A stretch of DNA of 64,000 nucleotides, taken from assembly GCA_943350395.1 (NCBI GenBank), contig CALRAD010000003.1, forward strand, positions 20,747-84,746. Direction: 5' to 3'. This document shows positions 8,271-18,625 of this stretch, piece after piece. The translations under genes were made by a program, and so were the position numbers. Origin of the DNA: Candidatus Peribacteria bacterium. Lineage in GTDB: Bacteria; Patescibacteriota; Gracilibacteria; Peribacterales; Peribacteraceae. The notes under the pieces were generated by a model. The model made no database searches. It was not told the origin of the DNA and saw only the letters and a list, made by a program, of their open reading frames with translations. Numbering within the stretch: the stretch's first letter is position 1; the number at the start of each line of letters is the position of its first letter.

Positions 8271-11200
8271 TTAATGATGCCCTCCTCCGTGCTCGGGTTC
8301 TGCTTGGACCGGCTCTTTGTCCCAGATCTGCTTGACGTTTTTGAGATTGAAGTCTGAGCTTTCAGGAACAAAAGATTCCTGAGATTGCTGCAGTACAGAT
8401 TTGAGAATATCCGGTCTCTCAATCAGTTTCTTATTGAGCGTGTCGACGAATTCCTGCGTGCCGTTGTTGATCATTGCATAGACTTCTTCCGGCTTGGTGA
8501 TGAGACCTTTGTCTTTGTATTTTTTGACGATTATTTTGTCTGCACCGCTGTACCTGTTGACGCCGATGAAGTCATCAATGTCGATGCCGTTGATTTGCGA
8601 GATCCCAAGTGAAGTACAGAGTTTCAATGTGAATGCATTCATTGCGTTTCGGTACGTTTTCGTCACTTTGGAGCCCGAGACCGGTGCCTGATTGTTGATT
8701 TGCTCCCAGCTGAGGCGAGGTCTTTGGTCGCCGACGGTGCTGTGTCCGATTGCGTGACGCGTGATGGTGTTATCCCAAGCAGCGTATGCACCGAGTGTTT
8801 CTGAGATCTTGTCGATGTCTCTCTTGCTGATTGGCGGATGACCGATCGTCGCTTTCATGCCGAAATATTTCATGAACGAGTTATATCCCACATAGCCGTT
8901 CATCATGGCAGCAGCCGATACTTTGGCTTGGCTACCGGATGTGAAGTTGATGATGTTGTTGACTCCTGCGAAGTCCACTTGCGTGAGAAGCATCGGGATG
9001 TCTTCGTGGTCAATCTTTTCTGCTCCCTTCAGTCCTTTGTTGACACGAATTTTGACGCTGTTGTCGAATGCGACCACATCCAACAGGAATTTGGTCATGC
9101 CGTTGCCGGGTGCGAAAGGATCCGACCCGGGACCCGACTCGGTGATTTGCGCGGAGATTTTTTTGATCTCGTGCATCGAACAGTTTTGTCCGGTCGAGAA
9201 GAAATCGATGAAGGGGAAGGTATTCAGGATCCCGAAGTTCTCACCGGAGAAGGCCCGAAGACGGTCGACACTGATGAGACCGATTTCCACGCCTTTCACG
9301 AGATAGAAGAATTTCTCTTCCATGCTCATCTTACCATTGCGCATCGCGTAGAAGATGATTCCTTCATACAGGTGAGGGTTCACCTCTTCTTCTCTGGAGA
9401 TCGGTTCGCCGGCTTTTTGTCTCTTGAAGTTGTAGAGAAGTTTTCGAAGTTCGGTGTCGAGCGTGCTTGCCGCAGAAAGTTCTTCTACGTAGCTGTCCAA
9501 GTGCTTGCGCCCGCTGTCGATGGCGCCGTCGTTCTCGGCTTTCCAATGTTCGAACTGGTCTTTGTCACGCCAGATATCGGCGATCATCTTTTGCAGCCAC
9601 TGGTTCCGGAGACGAGCGTCGCGTTTGCAGGCGTCGCGCGGCATCTTGTAGCCGGAGAAATACTCCAATTTTGGCCACAAGCCATGATCATCATCCCACT
9701 CGAGACGTCCTTTCTTCGAGAGTACGTTGAGGATTGCCTTCAGCTGATCTTTGCTGACGACGCGGGGGAGCATCTCATGCTGCAGAACGTGGGTGTCGAT
9801 TTTATCAAGACCTTTTTCCCAAACACCGACTTCCTCGAGTTCGGATTCACGCTCGCTTCGTTCGAATTCATGCTTCAGACGTCCGAGGTACGGGATGCTG
9901 TCACTGATCTGTTCTGTGATGTCTCGTCCGAGCTTCTTGCGTGCAGTTTCACCGCGACGTTTCCACATGCGTGCGATGTCGGTGCCCGCGTCTTTGAACA
10001 TCGCTGCGATATCGTAGGCGCTCACCCAGGTCGTATCGGTGACCATTTGCTGCCAAAGACTCCGGTTTCCTGTTTTGTTTGCGTACGTGAGATCGATTTG
10101 CTCAATATCTTTCTTTTTTCTGTACTCCTTGATCTCCGCCATCTTCTCTTTCGCTTCCTTCAGAAACTCATGAAAACCGGGGAGATGATTGACGTACGTT
10201 CCTTCCTGAAAATCTTTCGCCGCATCCGCCACGCCTTTTTTGATCGTTTCATAGCCGTACTCTGTGAATTCCGGCACACATTCCGGATATGCCGTGAGGA
10301 AGGTATTGGTGTGCAGCAATTCCACTTCCAACTCTCTGATCGCCGTTTCTTCGTAGTTTCTTTCGTCGTCAGTCTGAGGAGCCGCTGCTTCCGCTCCATC
10401 GTCTCCATGCCCGGCAATATCATCCGCCAGCAAACGCACACCTTTACCTTCAAGTTTTCTTGTCGGAGCGACCTCAGGTACTTCCTCGCGTTTGTTGAAA
10501 ACATTGAAGAGTCTGCGTTCGTTCGGCGTCACGGTGGGTCGTCTGTTCTTGTCCCAGAGCGCATATTGGTTCACGAGTTCGTCCATCAGTTGCCAGCGTT
10601 CATCATCGGAAATTTCATTGCGATGAACGATGCTGATTCCCCATGAGTCTGCGACTCTCAATAACAGCTGATCGAACGGTGTACCATCGGCTGCCTCTTC
10701 ATGCTTGAGCCCTTCGTAGACCGTATCCATGAGATTTATGAAGACTCCCGTACGGCGGAAGGCATCGGGAATTGCATGACCGAGTTCGTGTTCGGCTACT
10801 TTTTTTGCTGTCAGAGTTGGCGTGAGTGCGTTCTGGTTGATGTAGATCAAGCCTTCGTCGTAACTGTAGTATCCGACGGTCACCGTATCGCCGTGTGCTG
10901 GCACGTGCTCGTAGAATTGTTTCTCGGGCAGTACTTTTGTTTTCCGTCCTGAGAGAAGATCATCGAGCGTTTCTTTGCATTCCTTCAGTCGCTTTGCTTC
11001 GAGGGATGCTCTTGCGACCATGCGTCCGTTTCCGGAGTCTAGGCTGTTTTGAATTCTCCGTTCAACCGTTCGGATTCCCTCATCCAGTTTGAGGACGTGT
11101 GCCGTCGGATGATCGATTTTTTCGAAGATCGTCGGGAAGATTTCTCCTAGGAGATTTCTCGTATCCTTGATGACGGCGTCGATCTCCGTATCGGGAGTGA

Positions 11201-12623
11201 TGAGATCGAGTTCCTCGAGCTTCATCAGTTCGAATGCTTTCGGATTCTGCTCGATGGTCCTGATCGACTGGAGAATGTTCTGCTGTCTCGAGAACTCTGT
11301 CTGTCGCATGGCGATGCGCTCATCATCTGTTGGCGCATTACCTGCCTTGAAGGGCGCGAAGAACTTGATGAATTCCTTTATTGCAGCCGCCGCCTTCGGG
11401 TACCGTTCGCTTGGAGGAATTTTTACGGTGCGTAGACTTTCTGCCATTTGCTTTGCCCAGTCGAGCGTCTCGAGCTCCCGGATTCGTTTTTCGACGAGCA
11501 TGTTCGGCAGTTCCTGAGGATCATTCGCATTTTTTTCCAGAAGCTTCGAGACGACATCGAGCCTTTCGATCGCCGCATGGGCTTCCGAGAGCCCCTTGGA
11601 AGCGACGATCGGAGCTCTACCGTCCGGACCGTGGTACCGATTGATGTGCTTGAGCTCCATGAATACATCATTGAAAGCATCCTCGATGCCGTCTTTCGTG
11701 ATGTTCCAAAGGTCCTGCGGCTCGTCGACGTTGAACTGACGGAACAGATCCTTCGACTGATCGAGCATTGCAGTCGCCCTTGCATTGATGCGCGCATCGA
11801 GATACTCGGCGATAGTATCGGCTGTTCCGTTCAATTCTTGAAGGAATTGATTACGGGCTTTGCTCCTGGCAGCGTCGTTCTCGGGTGTTACTTTTTGACC
11901 GAAGGAACGTCGTACCTGGTTTCCTCTCGACATATTTTCGAGGATGCCGAGGAATACTTTTCGCTGTTCGAGCGTGAAATCACCCTCGATCTTCAGGATG
12001 CGGCAGATATTGTCTTCGTCGATGAAGTTTTTTGTGATGTTTTCCAAAATTCCTTCGCCGTCGTTTTTCGTTTCGTACGTCGAGATCGCGGCGAGTGCCG
12101 GTTCGATGGCACTCGGGTCGACGTTGAGACGGAACATGTGTTTGATGCTGAGCTCGACATTGCGTGTTGCATCTTCGTATTCGTCAACTTTCTTTCGGAT
12201 GGCTCCGACGGTGCTCCAAATTCTTTCGTCAGGCAGATTGTCACGAAATAGGGATTCGACGGTAGCAGATGCCTGATCCTGATCTGCTGACTTTTCGATG
12301 CCAAGTGCTTCACGTTCTGGTTCCAATGCATTGGCTCCCCTTAGAATTTCGAGCGTGGATATGCCGTTTTGTTTGAGACTTTCGATCAACTGCTTCGGAT
12401 CCACGGCAATCATCTGCTCTTCCGTTCGCATGCGAATACTCTCCACAGGACTTACGAGCGGTGCCGTCTGCTCCACGCCTTCCAGAATATTCTGTGATTC
12501 AGCGTTGCCTATTTTGTTTTGGTCTGCGGCGTTCGGATCGATCGGATCGGCAAAGAGGAGACGCTGCTCCTTTTCGGGAGAGTGCTCGAGTGCAAAGTGC
12601 GCGATATGTGTCCTGCGCAGCAT
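8271..12623 (-). CDS. Very large (1450 aa) hypothetical protein with an HExxH zincin-like motif
   Basis: Long ORF, largely helical. GYYSYDEGLIYIN...AEHELGH at 10776-10790. N-terminal EQRLLF motif. Confidence 0.85.
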   Translation of the reverse strand: MLRRTHIAHFALEHSPEKEQRLLFADPIDPNAADQNKIGNAESQNILEGVEQTAPLVSPVESIRMRTEEQMIAVDPKQLIESLKQNGISTLEILRGANALEPEREALGIEKSADQDQASATVESLFRDNLPDERIWSTVGAIRKKVDEYEDATRNVELSIKHMFRLNVDPSAIEPALAAISTYETKNDGEGILENITKNFIDEDNICRILKIEGDFTLEQRKVFLGILENMSRGNQVRRSFGQKVTPENDAARSKARNQFLQELNGTADTIAEYLDARINARATAMLDQSKDLFRQFNVDEPQDLWNITKDGIEDAFNDVFMELKHINRYHGPDGRAPIVASKGLSEAHAAIERLDVVSKLLEKNANDPQELPNMLVEKRIRELETLDWAKQMAESLRTVKIPPSERYPKAAAAIKEFIKFFAPFKAGNAPTDDERIAMRQTEFSRQQNILQSIRTIEQNPKAFELMKLEELDLITPDTEIDAVIKDTRNLLGEIFPTIFEKIDHPTAHVLKLDEGIRTVERRIQNSLDSGNGRMVARASLEAKRLKECKETLDDLLSGRKTKVLPEKQFYEHVPAHGDTVTVGYYSYDEGLIYINQNALTPTLTAKKVAEHELGHAIPDAFRRTGVFINLMDTVYEGLKHEEAADGTPFDQLLLRVADSWGISIVHRNEISDDERWQLMDELVNQYALWDKNRRPTVTPNERRLFNVFNKREEVPEVAPTRKLEGKGVRLLADDIAGHGDDGAEAAAPQTDDERNYEETAIRELEVELLHTNTFLTAYPECVPEFTEYGYETIKKGVADAAKDFQEGTYVNHLPGFHEFLKEAKEKMAEIKEYRKKKDIEQIDLTYANKTGNRSLWQQMVTDTTWVSAYDIAAMFKDAGTDIARMWKRRGETARKKLGRDITEQISDSIPYLGRLKHEFERSERESELEEVGVWEKGLDKIDTHVLQHEMLPRVVSKDQLKAILNVLSKKGRLEWDDDHGLWPKLEYFSGYKMPRDACKRDARLRNQWLQKMIADIWRDKDQFEHWKAENDGAIDSGRKHLDSYVEELSAASTLDTELRKLLYNFKRQKAGEPISREEEVNPHLYEGIIFYAMRNGKMSMEEKFFYLVKGVEIGLISVDRLRAFSGENFGILNTFPFIDFFSTGQNCSMHEIKKISAQITESGPGSDPFAPGNGMTKFLLDVVAFDNSVKIRVNKGLKGAEKIDHEDIPMLLTQVDFAGVNNIINFTSGSQAKVSAAAMMNGYVGYNSFMKYFGMKATIGHPPISKRDIDKISETLGAYAAWDNTITRHAIGHSTVGDQRPRLSWEQINNQAPVSGSKVTKTYRNAMNAFTLKLCTSLGISQINGIDIDDFIGVNRYSGADKIIVKKYKDKGLITKPEEVYAMINNGTQEFVDTLNKKLIERPDILKSVLQQSQESFVPESSDFNLKNVKQIWDKEPVQAEPEHGGGHH

Positions 12624-13100
12624 CTATAGTTTACAGAAACGAATAATGGCGTCAAGTATTTTTTCTTTTTTTGAATCTATCTGCAGCACGTACTGGCCGA
12701 GAATTTCTCTGAGTTGATAGGGATCGATCTCTCCGAGTTGGATGACGAGATCAGGTACGAGGTATTTTCTCGACTCAATGTGGAGCTCGTAATAACCCTT
12801 TCCGCAGAGAATCCAGAAGTGTTTCCAGCTGGACCAGGTACTCTTTCGACCGTCGAACTCGATGCCGGTTTCAAGAAGTTTGATCGCGTGCGTGCTTGGT
12901 TTCTCGTTTCTGATCAGAAAGAAAAGTCCCGCGAGCATCGCAAAGCAGATGCTTAAGCTCCATGCTCCAGTGAGGATCCCGTAGATAATCATTGTGCCGC
13001 AGGCGAGACCGCTCGCGATGTACCACTTTTCCGATCGCACAGGTGCAACTTTTGCCGGAGCCTCCCACTCGAGGAAAATGTGTTCGATATTTGTTTGCAT
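12624..13100 (-). CDS. Conserved CPR-type membrane protein (2 TM plus small soluble domain)
   Basis: LEWEAP...RSEKWY, two TM helices and a soluble domain. Its stop codon directly abuts the start of the 1450-aa gene. Confidence 0.8.
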   Translation of the reverse strand: MQTNIEHIFLEWEAPAKVAPVRSEKWYIASGLACGTMIIYGILTGAWSLSICFAMLAGLFFLIRNEKPSTHAIKLLETGIEFDGRKSTWSSWKHFWILCGKGYYELHIESRKYLVPDLVIQLGEIDPYQLREILGQYVLQIDSKKEKILDAIIRFCKL

Positions 13101-13184
13101 AAATCTGCTTATTATAGCAGAAAAATGAAGTTTTTACGATCGTTGATAGTTGCATAATTCAATAAATATTATGATTTATCTTTT

Positions 13185-13251
13185 GGGGAAGCAGGGAACC
13201 TTGTTCGGTTCCCTAGCTCCCCCAAACCCCATTACCCTCCTAACCGTACCG
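13185..13251. repeat. About 65-bp structured element, copy A (AGGGAACC-TTGTTC-GGTTCCCT hairpin plus C-rich tail)
   Basis: Near-identical to 23935-23998. Confidence 0.85.
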
Positions 13252-13271
13252 CATTATTCTCGAATCATGGC

Positions 13272-13931
13272 TTATCCATATGCAATAACCAAGCCGACCA
13301 CATGTTTCACCCCCGCCTTCTTCAGCGTTTTTGCACACGCCTCAAGTGTCGCTCCAGTCGAGCTGATATCATCGACCAGGAGTACGCAAGGTGGGGGATT
13401 TTTCGTGGTGGAGGTGAACGCATCGAGAACAGCCGTCAGTCTCTCTTCTTTGTTTCGCCATGCCTGGTGACCTGTGCTCCGTGTCCGTCTCAGCAGAGAT
13501 TGCACTGACCATTGTCTTTGCTTACCGATTTCCTCGGCAAGAACTTGTGCCTGGTTGAAACCGCGCTCAAACATTCTGGTCCAGTGGAGCGGGACGGGAC
13601 AGAGGACAGTCTCGGAGTTTTTCATCGTGCTTGGCAGTAAGAGAAGCCCGGGCAATGATTTGACGATGTGAGAGGCAAGTTCCGGTCCGAGTGCAGCAAT
13701 TCGTTTGTACTTGAACGTGCGGATGGCTTTCTGGAGGAGGGGAGAAGATTGATAGCTCCCTGCGGCAATCAGGCAATCGAGAGAGCGAATGCCTTTTTTC
13801 AGAAGCAGCTGCCGATCGAGTCGAATAGGATACAGCCGAAGGCGCTTTCGTTCCTCATCGGTGATCCACTCGCCTTCGTCACCCAGAAGCGAGTGTTTGG
13901 GGAAGAGGAGATCGAGAAAAAACTGAAACAT
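13272..13931 (-). CDS. comF: ComF family phosphoribosyltransferase-like competence protein
   Basis: Motifs LDLLFP, PVPLH..R..ERGFNQA, LLVDDISSTGATL. Start trimmed because the longer ORF overlaps a tRNA. Confidence 0.9.
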   Translation of the reverse strand: MFQFFLDLLFPKHSLLGDEGEWITDEERKRLRLYPIRLDRQLLLKKGIRSLDCLIAAGSYQSSPLLQKAIRTFKYKRIAALGPELASHIVKSLPGLLLLPSTMKNSETVLCPVPLHWTRMFERGFNQAQVLAEEIGKQRQWSVQSLLRRTRSTGHQAWRNKEERLTAVLDAFTSTTKNPPPCVLLVDDISSTGATLEACAKTLKKAGVKHVVGLVIAYG

Positions 13932-13963
13932 ACTACTTAGTATAGCGTTGTGCTGTGTTCTTA

Positions 13964-14040
13964 TGGTGGGCAATACAAGATTCGAACTTGTGACCTCCAC
14001 AATGTCAATGTGGCGCTCTAACCAGCTGAGCTAATTGCCC
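13964..14040 (-). tRNA. tRNA-Val(GAC)
   Basis: Rev-comp GGGCAAT...CCACA-TTGACAT-TGTGG...ATTGCCC-ACCA. Minus-strand promoter TTGACC-17-TACCCT at 14096-14068. Confidence 0.95.
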
Positions 14041-14044
14041 GATT

Positions 14045-14197
14045 TGTGAATGAAGAAATGCCTGCAAAGGGTACGGACTAGAACTCGGTTGGTCAATCGG
14101 TCTCACTGTGAAAAAATCATCGTACTTTCTACTACTCCGTCATAGCTTTTTCAGTCTGCAAGACAGAGCAGTGTGGAAAACTTTTTTGTTATGCACA
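14045..14197. promoter_or_regulatory. DnaA-box cluster
   Basis: TTWTNCACA matches at 14107-14115 (minus), 14172-14180 (minus) and 14189-14197 (plus); a one-mismatch box at 14045-14053. Confidence 0.6.
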
Positions 14198-14220
14198 GGT
14201 CTGGTAAGTTCCCCTCCACT

Positions 14221-15333
14221 ATGACTCTCCTGATTTCGGTCCTCGCGTTTGTTCTGCTTCTGACACTCCTCATCATCATTCACGAACTCGGACATTTTTT
14301 TGCCGCAAGATTCTTCGGAGTTGAAGTCGAGGAATTTGGCTTTGGACTTCCTCCGAAGGCGAAGACGCTCTTTCGCAGCGGTCTCACTGAATTTACTCTC
14401 AACTGGGTGCCGTTTGGAGGATTTGTCAGGTTGAAAGGCGAGAATGAGATCAATACGGAGAAGAGGTTTGATCCCGGCAGTTTTGCGAGTGCCGGATTCA
14501 CCGCTCGCATTCTGATCCTGTGCGGAGGAGTGTTTATGAATTTCATGTTGGCCTTCCTGCTCCTCACTCTCGGGTTTTCCGTAGGCAGATGGGTGCCGAA
14601 TTTCTACCAGAGTATTGAGGAGATGCAGGAAGCGTCGATGAGAGGGGAGATCGTACTTGAAACGGGAGTCTATATCTCCGATGTGATGCCAGGTGGCCCG
14701 GCCGAAAAGGCCGGAGTGATCAAGGAGAGTGCGATCCAGTCGGTGGATGGCATCTTGGTGCACAAACCGGATGATGTTGTAGCACTCCAGAAGGGAAAAT
14801 CTCGCGTGACGTATGTTCTGATGGAGGGAGAGGAAAAGAAGATCCGTTCGGTGGACGTGAGTCTTGACAATGGGAAATCGGGTATCGCGATCTCTCCATT
14901 TGCTGCCAAGCTTTCGGCTCCTCTCCGTTCGGTTCCAACCGCCGTCACTCTTGCCTATAAGGAAACGGTGTTCATGACGTATCAGACCGTGCACGGCATC
15001 ATCAATTTGTTCAGCACGCTTGCGACGAAAGGCCATGTTCCCGAAGGCATCACCGGCATCGTCGGGATTGCCGTGCTCACTTACAGTTCGGTGCAGGAGG
15101 GATTCATGACGTATTTGCGCTTGGTTGCACTCCTGAGCCTCAGTCTTGCGATCCTGAATATTCTGCCGCTGCCGGCGCTTGACGGAGGCAGGCTTCTTTT
15201 CGTGCTCGTTGAAATGGTGATCCGTCGTCCGCTCAATCAGCGCTTCGAACTGGCCGTGAACGCTGCGGGATTCTTTCTCCTGATCGGACTGATTCTCATC
15301 ATCACGTTCAATGACGTCATCCATCTCTTTTAA
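14221..15333 (+). CDS. rseP: RIP metalloprotease RseP (site-2 protease, M50) with PDZ domain
   Basis: Motifs HELGH, EFGFG.PP, PFGGFV, NILPLPALDGG. Confidence 0.93.
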   Translation: MTLLISVLAFVLLLTLLIIIHELGHFFAARFFGVEVEEFGFGLPPKAKTLFRSGLTEFTLNWVPFGGFVRLKGENEINTEKRFDPGSFASAGFTARILILCGGVFMNFMLAFLLLTLGFSVGRWVPNFYQSIEEMQEASMRGEIVLETGVYISDVMPGGPAEKAGVIKESAIQSVDGILVHKPDDVVALQKGKSRVTYVLMEGEEKKIRSVDVSLDNGKSGIAISPFAAKLSAPLRSVPTAVTLAYKETVFMTYQTVHGIINLFSTLATKGHVPEGITGIVGIAVLTYSSVQEGFMTYLRLVALLSLSLAILNILPLPALDGGRLLFVLVEMVIRRPLNQRFELAVNAAGFFLLIGLILIITFNDVIHLF

Positions 15334-16769
15334 TGACGACCGCTCTCAATCTCGATCTCTGGCTTGGGGTTCTTCAGATCATTGAACAGAAGTTGCAACG
15401 AGGACAGTTCATCACGTGGTTCAAAGACACCACGGTTCTCGGTCGGGAAGAGGCAACGGTGGTCATCGGGCTGCCACTGCCGATGTTTTTGAACTGGCAT
15501 CTCGAACACTATCGAAGCATGACACTGGAGGCGCTTCGGGAGGTCGATCCGACGATCGAGCAGATCGTGTACCAAGTTGATACGGGACTGAAAGACGACC
15601 ATGCACGCACGCTCCGATTACTCGAGCATTTTCCGGAGAAGAAACCGAGAAAAGTGCCGAATAAATCCGAAGTGAGGATTGCAGAAGGGCTCACGAGCAA
15701 AATGGCGAATTCTCGTTACACACTCGATAATTTCGTCGTGGGTCCAAACAATCGCCTTGCACATGCGGCATGTTCGGCAGTCGCTTCGGATCCCGGGGGA
15801 AAATACAATCCACTTTTTCTTTATGGAGGAGTGGGACTCGGAAAGACACATCTTTTGCAGGCGACCGGCAATGCAATCCTCAAAACGCTTCCGAATGCCG
15901 CGATTCTTTACACGACGACCGAAGAGTTCACGAATCAGGTTATCGAAGCGATCCAGCACCAGAAGATGGAACAATTTCGGAGGCGTTATCGCGAGGTCGA
16001 TGTGTTCATTCTCGACGACGTGCAGTTTTTGGCAAACAAGGAGCGCACGCAGGAAGAGCTTTTCCACACGTTTAACACGCTCATTGAAGACAGAAAGCAG
16101 ATCATCATCAGTTCCGATCGTCCTCCGAAAGAACTCTCGGGATTGCAGGATCGTCTTGTTTCCCGTTTTGAGCGCGGGATGATTGCTGACGTCAGTGAAC
16201 CGGACTACGAAACGCGCCATGCGATTCTCTCGGAGAAAAGCAAAGAGTACGGACTTCTGCTCGATCAGAAAGTCATCGACTACATCGCACAGTACGCGAC
16301 GAGAAGCGTGCGTCAGCTCGAGGGCATCCTCATGCAGGCGGTTGCTCAGTACGAACTCGAGCACTGTGTTCCGACAGTTAAATCTATTGCCGAGATCATG
16401 CGCAAACTTGGTGACGAACCTGCGAGACTGCAGGAAGATGAAGTCGGTTTCATTGCACCGTCACCGCACGCAATTTCGTTTCAGGATGTGCTTGAGGAAG
16501 TGAGTCGTTACTATTCCATTTCGGTACCCGATATTCTCGGCCAGTCACGCGTTCGGGAGGTGCTCGTTCCTCGGCACATTGCGATGTATATCGGTAAGAC
16601 GCATCTCCGGATGAGCTATGTGAATCTTGGAGAGTCGTTCAGTCATCGCGACCATACGACCGTCATGCATGCAGTCAGGAAGATCACAAGCAAGATGATC
16701 GAGGATCCTCAGTTGATGCGCGAAATCAGGACACTCGAGAAAGAAGTCGGACTTGTTACGCAACGCTGA
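15333..16769 (+). CDS. dnaA: Chromosomal replication initiator DnaA
   Basis: Motifs YNPLFLYGGVGLGKTHL, DDVQF, QEELFHTFN, domain IV RDHTTVMHA. TAATG overlap with rseP. Confidence 0.96.
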   Translation: MTTALNLDLWLGVLQIIEQKLQRGQFITWFKDTTVLGREEATVVIGLPLPMFLNWHLEHYRSMTLEALREVDPTIEQIVYQVDTGLKDDHARTLRLLEHFPEKKPRKVPNKSEVRIAEGLTSKMANSRYTLDNFVVGPNNRLAHAACSAVASDPGGKYNPLFLYGGVGLGKTHLLQATGNAILKTLPNAAILYTTTEEFTNQVIEAIQHQKMEQFRRRYREVDVFILDDVQFLANKERTQEELFHTFNTLIEDRKQIIISSDRPPKELSGLQDRLVSRFERGMIADVSEPDYETRHAILSEKSKEYGLLLDQKVIDYIAQYATRSVRQLEGILMQAVAQYELEHCVPTVKSIAEIMRKLGDEPARLQEDEVGFIAPSPHAISFQDVLEEVSRYYSISVPDILGQSRVREVLVPRHIAMYIGKTHLRMSYVNLGESFSHRDHTTVMHAVRKITSKMIEDPQLMREIRTLEKEVGLVTQR

Positions 16770-16792
16770 GAAAGATCTGCTACTCTTTGCCT

Positions 16793-18595
16793 ATGCCAGA
16801 TTCTGACGATTCCCTCGCAATACTCCGACACTCACTTGCTCACGTTCTTGCGCAGGCGGTGGAGACGCTTTGGCCCGGGACAGAACGCGCAATCGGACCT
16901 GCCATTGATACAGGGTGTTACTTCGATTTTCTCTTCAGTCAGCCGATCACTGATGCCGACTTTCCAAGGTTGGAAAAAGAGATGCGATCGATTATCAACA
17001 GAGGACAGACTTTTCGTTGTGATGAACTGAGTGTTGCGGATGCGAAGAAGTTTTGGCGCGAGCGAAAGCAGCGCTTCAAGGTCGAGATGGTCGAAGATCT
17101 CGAGAAGAAAGAAAAAGTGAAGACTGTCACGAATTATGCGAACATCGATGCGCAAGGCAAAGAAACCTACGTTGACCTCTGTCGTGGCGGACACGTCGAG
17201 AATCTGAAAGAAATTCCCGCGGACGGTTTTAAGATTATGCACCTTGCCGGTGCGTACTGGCGCGGAGATGAAAAGCGTGAACAGCTCACGCGCATCTATG
17301 TCGCTGCGTTTCCGAGCAAAGAAGAGCTGAAGGCACATCTGCTGATGCTTGAAGAAGCGAAGAAGCGAGATCATAGAAAGCTCGGGAAAGAGCTCGATCT
17401 CTTCACATTCTCCGAGATGGTGGGCCCCGGACTGCCTCTTTGGACACCCAGAGGTACGGTGATTGTCGATGCGATCGAGGAACTCGCGCACGAGATGGAA
17501 GCCGCTGCCGGTTATGTTCGCGTGCGAACGCCGCACATCGCCAAAGGAAAGCTCTATGAGCAGACCGGTCACCTCGCGCACTACCAAACGTCTATGTTTC
17601 CACCGATGAAATTGGACGGGGAAGAAGAATATTATTTGAAGCCAATGAACTGTCCGCACCATCATCAGATTTTTGCGTGTCAGCCGAGAAGCTATCGCGA
17701 TTTACCGCTTCGACTTGCCGAGTATGGTCAGTGTTATCGTTATGAGGATTCCGGAGCTCTTTTCGGATTGATGCGCGTTCGCTCACTCTCCATGAACGAT
17801 GCGCATATTTATTTGCGTGAAGATCAATTTGAGGAAGAATTTAATTCAGTGATCGATCTGTACATCACATACTTCAAACTTTTCGATATCAAGAAGTACG
17901 TCATGCGTCTCTCGCTTCACGATAAGGCTGAACTTGGAAAGAAGTACGTCAATCAGCCGGAGCTGTGGCTGAAGACAGAAGAAATGGTACGAAATGCCAT
18001 GCGCAAGAAAGGCGTGAATTTTGTCGAAGTTCCGAACGAAGCTGCGTTCTACGGTCCAAAGATTGACGTGCAGATTTGGTCTGCCATAGGCAGAGAATTC
18101 ACGCTCGCTACAAATCAGGTCGACTTCGATGTGCCCGGCAAGGTCGGACTGAAATATGCAGACAAAGACGGTACTGAGAAAGTGCCTCTCTGCATTCACA
18201 GAGCCCCGCTTTCGACGCACGAGCGCTTGGTCGGCTTCCTGATAGAGCAATTCGCAGGTCTCTTCCCGCTTTGGCTCGCGCCTGTGCAAGTCGCACTCGT
18301 ACCGGTTGCTGCAAATCACGAGGACTATGCCAAGAAACTTGCCGCAGATTTGAAGAAACTCGGCATGCGAGTCGAATTCATGTCCTCGGAGGAATCACTC
18401 GGCAAGCGCGTTCGTGAAGGAGAGAAGATGAAGATTCCCTACATTCTCGTGATGGGAGACAAAGAAGTAGGGGGGACGTCAGTGACCGTTCGTAATGTGA
18501 AGTCGAAGGCGCAGGTGACGGTTTCTGTCAGTGAATTTACGTCAAAGACGATGGAAGATATCAAAGAGAGAAGGCTCGAGGCGTCGATTGGATAG
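16793..18595 (+). CDS. thrS: Threonine--tRNA ligase (no N-terminal TGS domain)
   Basis: Motifs RHSLAH, DLCRGGH, RDHRKLG, KPMNCPHH, AAFYGPKID. Confidence 0.97.
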   Translation: MPDSDDSLAILRHSLAHVLAQAVETLWPGTERAIGPAIDTGCYFDFLFSQPITDADFPRLEKEMRSIINRGQTFRCDELSVADAKKFWRERKQRFKVEMVEDLEKKEKVKTVTNYANIDAQGKETYVDLCRGGHVENLKEIPADGFKIMHLAGAYWRGDEKREQLTRIYVAAFPSKEELKAHLLMLEEAKKRDHRKLGKELDLFTFSEMVGPGLPLWTPRGTVIVDAIEELAHEMEAAAGYVRVRTPHIAKGKLYEQTGHLAHYQTSMFPPMKLDGEEEYYLKPMNCPHHHQIFACQPRSYRDLPLRLAEYGQCYRYEDSGALFGLMRVRSLSMNDAHIYLREDQFEEEFNSVIDLYITYFKLFDIKKYVMRLSLHDKAELGKKYVNQPELWLKTEEMVRNAMRKKGVNFVEVPNEAAFYGPKIDVQIWSAIGREFTLATNQVDFDVPGKVGLKYADKDGTEKVPLCIHRAPLSTHERLVGFLIEQFAGLFPLWLAPVQVALVPVAANHEDYAKKLAADLKKLGMRVEFMSSEESLGKRVREGEKMKIPYILVMGDKEVGGTSVTVRNVKSKAQVTVSVSEFTSKTMEDIKERRLEASIG

Positions 18596-18625
18596 ACTTG
18601 TCCGTTTCCTGCTATTCTTCCTTCG

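Noticed and set aside
8838-10646. 602-aa plus-strand ORF, and other long antisense ORFs such as 218-1153, 14140-15324, 35650-36489 and 61296-62132
   Set aside because: They lie antisense to well-supported genes, have no motifs, and are the expected shadows of codon bias.
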